A stretch of DNA of 64,000 nucleotides from assembly GCF_001194135.2 (NCBI RefSeq), contig NC_068988.1, positions 14,700,226 to 14,764,225 on the forward strand, written 5' to 3'. The position numbers and the translations under genes are program-made. This stretch comes from Octopus bimaculoides. Taxonomy: Eukaryota. The notes below the pieces were generated by a model. The model was not told where the DNA came from and did no database searches. It saw only the letters and a program-made list of their open reading frames with translations. Positions 39,116 through 52,401 of this stretch are shown in pieces; within the stretch, counting starts at the first letter, position 1; each line of letters starts with the position of its first letter.

Positions 39116-41901
39116 TAAAAGTGTCTTGTTAGACAGCTACTTCCAGCCAAACACAACTCTTATGATTCCACCCTTTATTTTTCAATAACAACTTCACTGA
39201 GAGAAGATAAGGTAGTTCTGCAAAGCTGCTTACTATACAATGTAATACACCCACAGAACATTAGAGTACTACAAACAAAAGCTGCTGTACACAACATTCT
39301 TGATTGTATACAAGACAATTTTAGACTGCATAGAGAGAAAGATTAACAAGTTTTCACTCACCAACACGCTACAACATAATATGCTAACATATGACTTACA
39401 CACTGCAAACACAGACACATTGTACAAACCAACAGGAGAGCCTCTACATGGTAACTCAGCCTGCTAGAAATAGCAACCAAATCTCTAATCACACCCTACC
39501 TTCTTCAAAAAGGGCATGTTGAATATACTTGATCAGAGATGTCATGGAGCTAAACAACAACAGACATTAACTGACACACACTATCTCATTTATCATTACT
39601 TCATCAATTCCTCTTCTGATGAACTAAAAAAACTTCCCCATTCTCCATTCATCATCTTAGTGTATCTCATCCTCAGAAACTCACACTAAAAACCTTATCC
39701 AAACCTTTATCCCAATGATAAAACCTTTATCCCTTCTTGCCCATAACGACCCCCACAAGCATCAACTTTCAGAAATTCAGACTGAACATTTTTGCTATTT
39801 TCAAACTTTAATTCTCTTTCCTATAACATAAACCCTTTTGCAATTAAGATGTCTTATCACAAACAGCTGAAACTGAGAATATCTACAGCAATTAATCAAC
39901 CAAGAGGTAACCAATAAACTCAACAAGTCAGTATGATCTCAGTGACTAGTTGTCACAGTATGCTCCTAATAACCAATTCAATCAGATCCCAACAAGTGAA
40001 TTCTTATCGGGAATACTAGCCTTGTTGAATCACAAGTTTTCATTCTGCTGTAGACATTATTTTATGTTGTTAGCAAGGTAATTAACTTTATCTACTTTAT
40101 TACTTGTTGCAGAAAATAATTAAGCAGTGAATTTATAATAAAATAGTCCTACAACCCACCACCATCATCATCATCATCATCATCTTTTAATGCCCATTTT
40201 CCATGCCGGCTTGGGTTGGATGGTTTAACCAGAGCTGGCAAACAGGAGAGCTGCACCAGCTCCAGTTAAACCATCCAACCCAGTGAAAAACAAAGAAACT
40301 CTGCTCCCTTTTAACTTAATAAGTCAGTGTAGGTTAAGACAAGATTAGCATTTATTAGAGAGAGAGAGTAACGCTACATAACCTAACAGATCTTTGTAAA
40401 TCCATTGAAGACTTATGTGCAGCAATTCAAGAGAAAATACACTATAGTAATTTTTTAATTGTTTTTATCAGATTCTTTTGTTACTTATATTTCTAATGAA
40501 ATATATTGTGCATATGTCTCAATTACGTTTTTTTAGATAATCAAAAAGATTAGGAAGGGCTTAATAAAATAACTGACTACACTAATTATCATCATCATTG
40601 TTTTTTTATGGATAGCCGCGCTCTTCATCGACGGACGAGCCGAGTGATCCCCTGTCCAAAAATAAAAAGATTTTCACAGGGCTTCTTTCAGTTTCTATCT
40701 ACCAAATCCGCTCACAAGGCTTTGGTCAGCTCAAGGCTACAGTAGAAGACATTTGACCAAGGTGTCACACAGTAGGACTGAACTTGGAACCATGTGGTTG
40801 GGAAGCAAGTTTCTTACCACACAGCCAGATTCCTTTTGGGTTTTTTTTTTTTTTTTTTTTTTCTTAATTCTCTGTTAATGCTTAAGTACACAGCAACTTC
40901 ACTTTTGTGATGAACTGTTCCTTTGCAGTATATAATATTTATTAATTACAAAAAGGACAACAGTTAAATGCTACTAATCTTTTATCAAATATACCAACTA
41001 TTGGTCTCAGTTGACATACTGTCAACAACATAGATGCACCTTAACATTTGATGCTAAAACTAAATCTAATTCTTAATTAACCTAAGTTCTTTTCATTCAT
41101 ACTTGTCATTTAGTAATTAATTCTACAATTAATTATTATATCCATCATCATCATCTAATATAACAAATGTAGAGAGTATCTGACTTCATATGATTACTTT
41201 ACACTCGATTATTCATGCGACGATTAGTGAATGAAGTATCCTACATTTGGATGGTCACATATCATTGAAACAAGCATCTTTATGGCTGAATGGCTTTATT
41301 ACTGCAAACCACTAATCCGTGACGTCATTATCATCATCATCATCATTTAACATCTGCTTTCCATGCTGGTATGGTTTGGACAGTTTGATATGGAGCTGGC
41401 TAGCAAAGCTGTTCAGACTGATTGTCTGTTCAGGCATGGTTTCTACAGCTGGACGTCCTTCCTAACACCAACCACTTAACAGAGTGTACTGGGTGCTTTT
41501 TACATGCCACAACTATTTTTTAGTTAGATCAAAAAGAGTAACAATGGTTGAAGCAAAGTTTCAGCTGGTGAACATACATATAAAGAAGATCAATTCTAAG
41601 TCAAGTTCCCTTTGAATACAGAAATTCTAGTGCCAAGAGTCCAAATATCTGGGCACTGGAATAGCAGAAATAACCATGTGGTTAAGAAGTTTGTTTCACA
41701 ATCATATAATTTTGAGTTCAACCTCACCATGAAACACATGAACCAAATGTTTTCTTCTATAGCCTGAGGTCAGCCCAAGCTTTGTGAGTGGAACTGAATA
41801 GAGGATTAGATGATAGAAAAAACACAAGGGCACAGGGCATATTAGATGTACCCCAATTGTAGCAGCACACATTCATAGAAAAAATGTTTTTAGATCATTA
41901 A

Positions 41902-42122
41902 CCCTTTAGCATTTAGAATAGTCTGCCAAGTGTAATGCTTATTTATTCACATTGATATGAATTAGACATGCATTACTTTGTAGCTTTGAAATTTCAATGA
42001 CATGATTCTTTATTTCCAGAATAACACTATGGGGTAAGTGCGAGATACCAGATCTGGCCAGTTTGAAGATAAAATAGGTAGAGTCTTTTGGCCGGATATG
42101 GCCAGTTTAAATGCTTAAAGGG
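41902..42122. mobile_element. piggyBac-like MITE with TTAA TSD
   Basis: TTAA|CCCTTTAGCATTTA...TAAATGCTTAAAGGG|TTAA. The body is homologous to 10844-11061. Confidence 0.8.
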
Positions 42123-43268
42123 TTAAAGTATGTGATATTTAAAGCAATCTAACAGCACATTGCAAAACATTACAAAAGTACCTTGAATATAGCAGAAAAC
42201 ATTACTGTATATAATAAGTAAATATTACTATTATGGAGTCAGGCTACATAGAAAAGACTGTCTGGATTAAACTTATCCTACAGAGTGAGTATCAGGGACA
42301 AAATTACTATATAAGAACCCAACTTTGCATATAGGACTCAGGATGATTTTCTGAAACATTTCTTCTTTTTTTTTTTTCTTTTGTAATAAAAAAAGTGCAT
42401 CTTATATACCATCAAATATGGTATATAGAAACTGTACAGAAGCCCATAAGATGAAATGAAATTATTCATGGGTGGTAAATTTGTCTCCCAGTTTAACACC
42501 ACCACTTGCTCATTGGATGTCTCTTCTTTCACATAGTTCTCTTTGCTGCAAGTCTATAAGACCAATGGAGCAACAGAAGTACTGACAGAATAAATTTATC
42601 CTAGACAACATATCAGTCTGGTATTTAGAGCAGTTAAGTAGGTGAAAGTTTAAAACTGCTAAATTTAATTTCCACCCTTGTGACATAAAGCAAAATATTT
42701 TCTTTTATAATTCCCACTTTTGTGAATGACTGCAATATTGAGAGAGAGGTGTNNNNNNNNNNGGGGGGGGGGTGAGCACAATGATTCTGATCAACCTGAT
42801 TACTTGGTATGTTGACTGGATTAAATAGTAAGTTGGCTAGTCTAATATTATGGAAGATGAGAAGTTAAACAATGAAAAATAACTTGTATCATATGAAAAC
42901 AAAAATAATAAAACATTAATCAAAATAATATCCCTCCCAGTCTAAACAAATATTAAATCTATCCTAATTATATATGGGGAAGTTGGTGAGTTTAGATAAG
43001 ATTGTATGCCAAGAGAAGAGGGGGATACTGACATTTGGTGAGTCCACTGATGTCTGAGAGGGCAGAAAAAATTTCTTTCTGTTTTGAAATTTATGTATGT
43101 ATTTTGTAGGCATAGCTGTTTGGTTGAGGAGTTTTTTTTCACAACCATGTTGTGGTTTCATATTCAGTTCCACAATGTAGTACCTTGGGCAAGTGTTTTC
43201 TACTGTATCCTGAGGCCAACTGAAGCTTTGTGAGTGGGTTTGGTAGATGGAAACTGAAAAAAGCCTGT

Positions 43269-43304
<36 letters not shown>

Positions 43305-43305
<1 letters not shown>

Positions 43306-43544
43306 TTATTAATAAGGGTAGAAATTGATATTACTCAATTAAAACCAGTGGTCTAGCATATTAAAAAAATCCAAAGATTAAAATTATATAACATACAAAA
43401 ATAAGAGGAATGACCAGCAAAAATGGACTCCTATATGCTAGAAATAGATGCCGAATCGTGGTTAGATGATTCGGCATCTATTTTTAGCATATAGGAGTCC
43501 ACTTTTGCTGGTCATTCCTCTTATCTTTGTATGTTATATATATA
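43305..43544 (-). mobile_element. Fold-back element with a 3' terminus related to 52788-53308
   Basis: 73-bp arms (43385-43457 and 43468-43540, 3 mismatches) with a 10-nt loop. The adjacent segment carries ACCAGTGGTCTAGC, matching ACCAGTGGTCCAGC on the opposite strand at about 53245-53260. The right side runs into an N gap. Confidence 0.7.
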
Positions 43545-44188
43545 NNNNNNNNNNNNNNNNNNNNNNNNNNNNNNNNNNNNNNNNNNNNNNNNNNNNNNNN
43601 NNNNNNNNNNNNNNNNNNNNNNNNNNNNNNNNNNNNNNNNNNNNNNNNNNNNNNNNNNNNNNNNNNNNNNNNNNNNNNNNNNNNNNNNNNNNNNNNNNNN
43701 NNNNNNNNNNNNNNNNNNNNNNNNNNNNNNNNNNNNNNNNNNNNNNNNNNNNNNNNNNNNNNNNNNNNNNNNNNNNNNNNNNNNNNNNNNNNNNNNNNNN
43801 NNNNNNNNNNNNNNNNNNNNNNNNNNNNNNNNNNNNNNNNNNNNNNNNNNNNNNNNNNNNNNNNNNNNNNNNNNNNNNNNNNNNNNNNNNNNNNNNNNNN
43901 NNNNNNNNNNNNNNNNNNNNNNNNNNNNNNNNNNNNNNNNNNNNNNNNNNNNNNNNNNNNNNNNNNNNNNNNNNNNNNNNNNNNNNNNNNNNNNNNNNNN
44001 NNNNNNNNNNNNNNNNNNNNNNNNNNNNNNNNNNNNNNNNNNNNNNNNNNNNNNNNNNNNNNNNNNNNNNNNNNNNNNNNNNNNNNNNNNNNNNNNNNNN
44101 NNNNNNNNNNNNNNNNNNNNNNNNNNNNNNNNNNNNNNNNNNNNNNNNNNNNNNGAGAGAGAGAGAGAGAGGGAGAGAGAGAGAGAGG

Positions 44189-44230
<42 letters not shown>

Positions 44231-45602
44231 TAGAGAGAGGAAGAGAGAGGAAGGGAGCATACTAAGTAGCACTGAATGAAATATAGGCGTGTACAATCAC
44301 ATTTATTATGTTCATGTAAACTCCGACATTGAAGAACATCATCATCATACAGCAGAAATTGTCTGGAGAGAAAAATTATCCTTATAGACAATCACCATCA
44401 TTATTACCATCAATCAAAGTTTGCCTTCCATGCTCGCATGGCTTGGATGGTTTGACAGGAACTGGCAAGCCAGAGAGCTGCTTTGGTATGATTTCTACAT
44501 TCAGATGCCCTTCTAAACACCAGCCACTGTGTGCTTTTTATGTAGCACTGTGAAAAACGTCACTGAACTATGAACGATGTCATTAAACTGTAGGACATAT
44601 GCATTTCTGTGTCATTGCACATCTTCAGCTATGGACACCGAGTTGCTCTTTATAGCCACTAAGAACAGGTTGTTCTTATTTTAGAAAAGCAAATAATATG
44701 TATGTGTGTTGTGTTTGAGAGACATGGCGATTTACTGTACTTGATGAGACATGTCAAGCTAAATAAAACCAGTCTTCCACACATACAGGTTTGTCCCTTC
44801 AGGCTGGTGCCACTTATTAGAGTCTGGAGAGCTCCCTGCTAGCCAGCTCCATGTCAAACAGTCCAAACCATGCCAGCATGGAAAACAGATGTTAAATGAT
44901 GATGAGGAGGATGAGGACGATATCATCATCATTCAATGTCTGACATGGGTTGGACAACTTGACTGGAATTAGTAAGCTGAAGAGCTGCACCAGGTTCCAG
45001 TCTGAATTTGACTTGGTTTCTATAGATGGATGCCTTTTATGTGCCACCAGCATGGGTGCTTTTATGCTGTAACAATTCCATTAATCCTCTTCATTGGACT
45101 GTTACTTCAACTCCTGAAAGATGACCACAGCAAGATTTGAACTCATAGTGCAGAGAGCTCAGCCAGTTCGCCACCTAGTTGTACAGCAATAATAGTAGCT
45201 AGGTTTGAACTAATAAACTTTGTGCCAGTAAGTCAATGCTTTAATCAGTCAGTTGCTGTAACCCTCACCAGTTTCTAAACAGCATTCCATCATTCTCAAT
45301 AGCATCATGTTTAATAAAAATTATACTTTCCTTTTACTGTTCTCAAAAGTATTTATCAAAATAATTATCTTAAAAAAGCCTACCAATCCACTTCCCAACT
45401 GCTATTTTAGTATAGTTAAAAAATTTTTTTTTCAACAAAATCAAATCAAAAAGCAATTCTTATCAAAACTTCACCAAAAGTAAAGCTATAATTTGATTTG
45501 AAGACAGACATTAGGGAATGTGGTAACAATGTGTTTTCATTTAGAAAAAGTTTGTACAAAAATTTAACAAATTTTTAAATGAAATAAAAACTGTAATCTT
45601 AC

Positions 45603-45694
45603 CTCTCTCTCAAAAACTCAATAAACTCTTTGCTAGCAGTTTGGCCATGTTTCATGTTATGATAAAGCACAAAAAAGCCATTGTTTTTCTCCCC
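45603..45694 (-). CDS. FCHO2: FCHO-like coding exon 2 ([31 protein letters not shown])
   Basis: tctcaacag|GGGGAG...GAGAG|gtaagatt, 92 nt, phase 0 to 2. The translation matches the recalled FCHO motif [18 protein letters not shown]. Confidence 0.95.
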
Positions 45695-46601
45695 CTGTTG
45701 AGACAAAATTAAAATAACAAATGAAATTTAGCAAATGAACAGTCCTTTAACATAAAAAATAAAATAATTAAAAAATAAAACATTTAAAGATACAAAGAAT
45801 ATTCTATAAACTGCAAAAGTAGGGAGAGAGTAGCTTGTAATGAAAAGTAACTTAATTCCACTAATAATGTTTATTCAAGTCCATTTAAATAGGTTCTTTC
45901 TCAAAACAGATGCAATCCAATCAGGGTAATTTGCTACTAAGACATTAAACAATAAATTCATTGCAAACACTTTTAATATAAATAATGTTAATTATTCAAA
46001 AGCAAATAACAGTTTCAACCTTTTGAAACCAACATGCCTAAGGTCACGTGTGGTTTTACGATATAAACTTCTTATTTTAAAGTGATCTAAATTAAAGCCT
46101 TTCACCAAAATTTCCTCTTAATCTATATTCAAAATACCAGCTAAATAATATCTTACATCTTTTACTTCATTCATTCATTGGACTGCAGCCATGCTGGGGC
46201 AATGCCTGGAAGGTTTTATTTAGTTGTACTGCCACAGGGACATAAACAAACAAACACCAGTTGTCAAGTGATGGTGGGAGACAAACATACACATATATAA
46301 TATATCAACAGGTTTCTTTCAGTTTCTGTCAACCAAATCCACTAACAAGGCTTTGGTTGAACAGAGGCTGCAATAGAAAGACACTTGCCCTCATTGAACA
46401 GACATGTTCAAAGGCATCTATGATCATCATGCCTTCTCACTATACACAGCAAAGCCAGGATCATGTTATTCAACATATACAATTCTAACATGATAGAATG
46501 CAATTTAGGGAAGAGTTGGTTGCTATTTCTAGCAGATTAAGCAATCATATAGGAATAATACATTAGTTCAGTAAAAAATACCATATTTTTCTCATACTGC
46601 A

Positions 46602-46649
<48 letters not shown>

Positions 46650-46927
46650 TGAATGAGAAACATTTGTCACGGAAGCTTCACCCTACCTCTAGAATTAGTG
46701 ACAATAAACAAATGAATTTATGAGTATCGTGTAACTGGCACATAAAAGCACCCACTACACTCTCGAAGTGGTTGGCATTAGGAAGGGCATCCAGCTGTAG
46801 AAACTCTGCCAAATCAGATGAGACTGGTGTAGCCATCTGGTTCGCCATTCCTCAGTCAAATCATTCAACCCATGCTAGCGTGGAAAGCGGATGTTAAACG
46901 ATTATGATGATGATGATTTTCTCTGGT

Positions 46928-46992
<65 letters not shown>

Positions 46993-47477
46993 CACGTGCA
47001 TGTATGCAAAATCATCATCACTTTACAACTACTTTCCATGTTGGCTTAACAAGCAGAATGGGTTATCAAAGTCAAGATCCACTTATCCACTTGAAAATAC
47101 TGTTCTACTAGATGGCTCAGAGGATCACATCATGCACGTATGTTCTGTTTTGGCATACAGCTGAATGCCTTTTCTAACACCAACCACTTTCAGAGTGTGC
47201 TGGGAGCATTTCATATCATCAACCCTAGAGTGGTTGTCATGTCGTTGACATGAGTGAAAGGTTTCTCTCAGTACCACAATGTCTCGGTTTATTTATCAAT
47301 TGCATTACAGATTGCACTGGGAGCATTTAATTCTGGTACCTGACCATGTTATCATTAAGTAGTAACAAAATTTATAGGTAATTCAAAATGTTTTCAGACA
47401 GGTTGGTGATCTAGGATCATGAAAATTTCAAGCAATGTCAGTTATGTTGGTATTGAAAGGATTAACTATAGCAAATA

Positions 47478-47925
47478 TCACAAACTTTTTAAACAAAATA
47501 CAATAAAGGTTAGCTATAGTTGCATTGAAGAATTCACCTCTTCAACATTAAAGATCAACAAAAGAAATCATATGAAAACAAACTCAGATTTGAACTGCCA
47601 TTTCTGTAGAATTGTAACATCCAAACTTCTTGGTTTTTTAATGGAAGGTGCCTTGGTAATGCATTGATATACCACAACAAAATCTCATCAACTGATGATA
47701 AAGACAGTGAATTAATGTAAAAGCTAGTATATGCAACACTTGTTATTTTTTCAGTACCCAAAAGACAAAAACGCTGTCAACTGGGTAAATTTCCTGAAAC
47801 TCTAAATGCAAAAAATACCAATAACACTAAAATAGATTTGTCAGTCACTAAAAATCCCATCCTATATATCAATGGAACAAAGAAATATCAACTATGCCCA
47901 GAAGCGAAATTTAACATCCTGACAA
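47478..47925 (+). mobile_element. Degenerate Penelope-like element ORF remnant (RT C-terminus to GIY-YIG region)
   Basis: Translated fragments HKLFKQNTIKVSYSC and YINGTKKYQLCPEAKFNIL resemble recalled PLE motifs (HKxFNxNTxKxSYSC and C-terminal xxCxLCxxEKxxIL). It has multiple stops and frameshifts. Confidence 0.65.
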
Positions 47926-48337
47926 AAAATTAAATATAATTAAATAAAGACAAAAGATTACATATTATTAAATAAAGACTGAACTGGATTCAAAATACTG
48001 ACATAAAGATCAGTACCTTTGAGACAATACCAACTACAGATGGATTAAATCCTTGAATCAATGCACACCAATCATCAATAAAAAAAAATGTTTTAAATGA
48101 GAAACATTCTATATATATCATCTTATAAAGCCTACTACAAAACATACTGCTATCATAATGATGAATATATTCACCAATATATTTTCATTATATTTTCTTT
48201 GTATATGTGTATTTCATATTTTTAATGATTTACATTATAATTATACTATTTATCATATATGTATCGCTTTTTTTAATTTATAAGTTATGTATATATTGTA
48301 TTATATGCATTAGAAGTATGTGATTTGCATGTTTGTG

Positions 48338-48386
<49 letters not shown>

Positions 48387-48617
48387 GTACCCATTACACT
48401 CTTGGAGTGGTTGGCATTAGGGAGAGCATCCAGCCATAGAAACCACACCAAATCAGACTGGAAACTGGTGCAGCTTTCCAGCCTGCCAGCCCTGGTCAAA
48501 CTGTCCAACCGTCCATCATGCCAGCATGAGCAACAGACAGTAAATGATGATGATGATATATATACATATATAGATACATCTTACAGATGTATAGATTGTA
48601 TAATGAGTAACTTATAT

Positions 48618-48648
<31 letters not shown>

Positions 48649-48659
48649 AAATATATATA

Positions 48660-49260
48660 TATATATAATAATAATAATATTAGGGACAAAATCCAAAATT
48701 ACAGGTAAAAAACTCAATTAAAATCAATTTATAAAAAATTAAAATTAAATTGAGCCTTATAGATAAAGTATATATAAAATATATAGTTTTAGGGAAAATA
48801 ACCAATTTTCAAGAACTCATCGATGAAAATCCACTATCACATATAGAAAAATTAATAATTAAAAGCACAATAAATGAGTATAATATAAAGTAAAGTAAAT
48901 ATCATAAGATAAATATAATAAAAAGATTACACGTGTTTCATAACCAATTTTCAAATAGAAAAGAAATTTAAATCGATTAAAATCAATTGAAATTATCGAA
49001 AATAAGTTCTATTCAAAAATATAGCTACTCGTCAGATCGTAAGTAGAACAATAATTAGATATATATCTCAACCAACAATAAGTACCAAATGAATTAATAT
49101 GAAATACTTATTATATAAAGATAGAAAAATTATTTTAAAAAATATCATAATATCAAAATAATAACCATTCAATAATCATCCCTTCATCCATTATAATAAC
49201 ATGTATATTATATACAAAAAACATCTTACATAAATTATCATTGTCTTAAATTATCATTGT
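48660..49260 (-). mobile_element. AT-rich hammerhead-bearing Penelope-like non-coding element
   Basis: Contains the 48921-49042 hammerhead and ends in ...AATTGAGTTTTTTACCTGTAATTTTGGATTTTGTCCCTAATATTATTAT followed by (TA)n. The same end occurs at 60405-60545. Boundaries are approximate. Confidence 0.65.
48921..49042 (-). ncRNA. Type I hammerhead ribozyme motif with a long loop II
   Basis: Minus strand: ACGAT-CTGACGA-GTAGCT-(77 nt AT-rich)-GGTTAT-GAAA-CACGTG-TA^ATCTT. The core is intact, stem II has G-U wobbles, stem III is the palindrome ACACGTGT and stem I is short. Confidence 0.65.
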
Positions 49261-50217
49261 TTTAAATACATATATATATATATATATACTACAGATTGTA
49301 TTGTGTAATGCAGGTTTAAATATAGATTGCATTACATAATTTATGCATTTTCTTTTATTCTTTTACTTGTTTCAGCCATTAGACTGCAGCCATGCTGAGG
49401 CACCACCTTGAAGAATTATACCCCCAGTACATATTTATATTTTTTAAAGCCTGTTACTTATTTTATCAGTCTCTTTAGCCAAACCATAAGTTACAGGGAC
49501 ATAAACACACCACCAACAACTGTCAAGCAATGGCGGGACACACAAACACACACATATATATGATGGATTTCTTTCCTTTTCTGTCTACCAAAACCACACA
49601 CAAAGCTTTAGTTAGCCTGAGGCTATAGTAAAAGACATTTGCCCAATGTGAGAGAGAGATTAGAAAGAAAGAATGAACAAGCAAAACCTGTGGTATCATG
49701 TAACAGCATTTAATTTATAATTCAAACATAATTACAGAGTTCTTGGAGAAAATAAGGGACTAAGAAATAATGCACAAAAGCTCTTACAGGTGTGTATCTA
49801 AAATAGATATGCATATGGTGTGTAGGTCATTGAGCAAAAATTACCATATAAGCCAACTATTCCATCTTCAGAGAGGAAGAATTAATGAACATCCATAATA
49901 AAAGATATTAGCAGTTACCAGTTCTATCATCGATTATACACACATGTGTGATGAGCTTCCACAAAGTTTCCACCTCATTCAGGGACAAGGCATTGGTCAG
50001 TCCAAGTAGAAGTACATGTCTACTGTGATCTGCAGCAGTATTGAACCCAAGACCACATAATTTTGAAGGAAAATTCTTAACCACACATCCAAGCCTATGC
50101 CTTAAATAATCTGAGGCAAAATAGAATCCTAAGAAACTGGTGGAGATTTGTGTCTGTAGGAATTTTTTTTTTTTTTGTATATCTATATATATAGATATGT
50201 AAATATATATACATATA

Positions 50218-50258
<41 letters not shown>

Positions 50259-50286
50259 GTACATATATCTACATAAATATAACTAC

Positions 50287-50318
<32 letters not shown>

Positions 50319-51011
50319 ATATTTAAATATATGTATAAATATAGGAATATATAAATATATATAAATATACATACCATACATATATAGATACATATATATA
50401 TATATATGTATGGTATGTATACTTTTTGTATAGAAGTAACGCTTAGAACCTTAGAATTATAGAATATTCTTGACATGGTAGAGTCTATGCTTGGGATAAA
50501 GTCCTTCTTTGGGGTTGATACATAAGGGGAAAAAGAATAAGACAAAAGAATAAGTGATTTATATATTTTCTAACAGAATGACTAGAGGCAGCTGACAGGA
50601 AAAGTAATAAGTAACGTTAAGGATGCCTGTGCAAAGAGGGGGAAGAAGAAGCTGTTAGTAAGTGAAATGGAAAGAAAAATCCAACTCAAAAATGAAGCAG
50701 GAATTATTGTGTTACGTGTCGGTGGAAAAGCAGAAAGAGAAATGTTTGTTTTCAACCAATCAGTGCCACGCTTTGACATTAAATACAATATATTGGTCCT
50801 TAAGTTCCTTTGACTATGTAGATCCATAGTGTAGAGACATGCCGGACACTGGAAAGTGGTTGGTAGAGTGGCCCATTGTATTGAAGTAGGAGACAATGAG
50901 CTGGCCTGCAATATACAAGATTCTACGAAAGTCTATGCGAAAGTAATTGGAGAGATGACAGCCTACTTAAGCAACACAAAGGGAACTGCAAACTTTTAAA
51001 TACACACACTT

Positions 51012-51058
<47 letters not shown>

Positions 51059-51138
51059 AATATATCCCTGTCTATATATATAGATATGTAAATATATATA
51101 CATATAAACGTATGAATATATATATATAATCACAATGA

Positions 51139-51534
51139 TATCTCAGGCAATAAAGAATCCTGATGATATTGTAAGCCTGTAGAATGACCTAAATGCAATA
51201 TATGAGTGGGCAGAGCAAAATAATATGCAGTTCAATGCAAAAAAATTTCAAGTACTGCGCTACAAGACCACAAGTACCTCCCAACTGGCATACACAGGGC
51301 CTGGAGGTACTGCAATCCCAGAACCACAAACAGTAAGAGATCTGGGCATCAACATGTGTTGTGATGCATCATTTCACATGCACATTGTCAAGTTGACAGC
51401 AAAGTGCAGACAACTGGCAGGGTGGATACTGAGGACTTTCCGTACAAGGGATCAAAAAGTCATGTTGATTCTATGGAAGACATTTGTTCTGAGCCGCCTA
51501 GACTATTGCTCTCAGTTGTGGTCACCACACAGTG
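51139..51534 (+). mobile_element. CR1-clade LINE reverse transcriptase C-terminal fragment
   Basis: NDLNAIYEWAEQNNMQFNAKKFQVLRY...VRDLGI...GWILRTF...SRLDYCSQLWSP is a typical LINE post-RT region. It is cut by an N gap. Confidence 0.85.
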
Positions 51535-52262
51535 NNNNNNNNNNNNNNNNNNNNNNNNNNNNNNNNNNNNNNNNNNNNNNNNNNNNNNNNNNNNNNNNNN
51601 NNNNNNNNNNNNNNNNNNNNNNNNNNNNNNNNNNNNNNNNNNNNNNNNNNNNNNNNNNNNNNNNNNNNNNNNNNNNNNNNNNNNNNNNNNNNNNNNNNNN
51701 NNNNNNNNNNNNNNNNNNNNNNNNNNNNNNNNNNNNNNNNNNNNNNNNNNNNNNNNNNNNNNNNNNNNNNNNNNNNNNNNNNNNNNNNNNNNNNNNNNNN
51801 NNNNNNNNNNNNNNNNNNNNNNNNNNNNNNNNNNNNNNNNNNNNNNNNNNNNNNNNNNNNNNNNNNNNNNNNNNNNNNNNNNNNNNNNNNNNNNNNNNNN
51901 NNNNNNNNNNNNNNNNNNNNNNNNNNNNNNNNNNNNNNNNNNNNNNNNNNNNNNNNNNNNNNNNNNNNNNNNNNNNNNNNNNNNNNNNNNNNNNNNNNNN
52001 NNNNNNNNNNNNNNNNNNNNNNNNNNNNNNNNNNNNNNNNNNNNNNNNNNNNNNNNNNNNNNNNNNNNNNNNNNNNNNNNNNNNNNNNNNNNNNNNNNNN
52101 NNNNNNNNNNNNNNNNNNNNNNNNNTATATATAAATAGATGTACATATATCTACATAAATATAACTACATATATATATATATATACATATAAATATTTAA
52201 ATATATATATAAATATAGGAATATATAAATATAATATACATACCATACATATATACAGATGC

Positions 52263-52301
<39 letters not shown>

Positions 52302-52366
52302 TATATATAGATAGATACATATATATATATACATACATAAAAATACATACATTTATATATACACAC

Positions 52367-52401
<35 letters not shown>

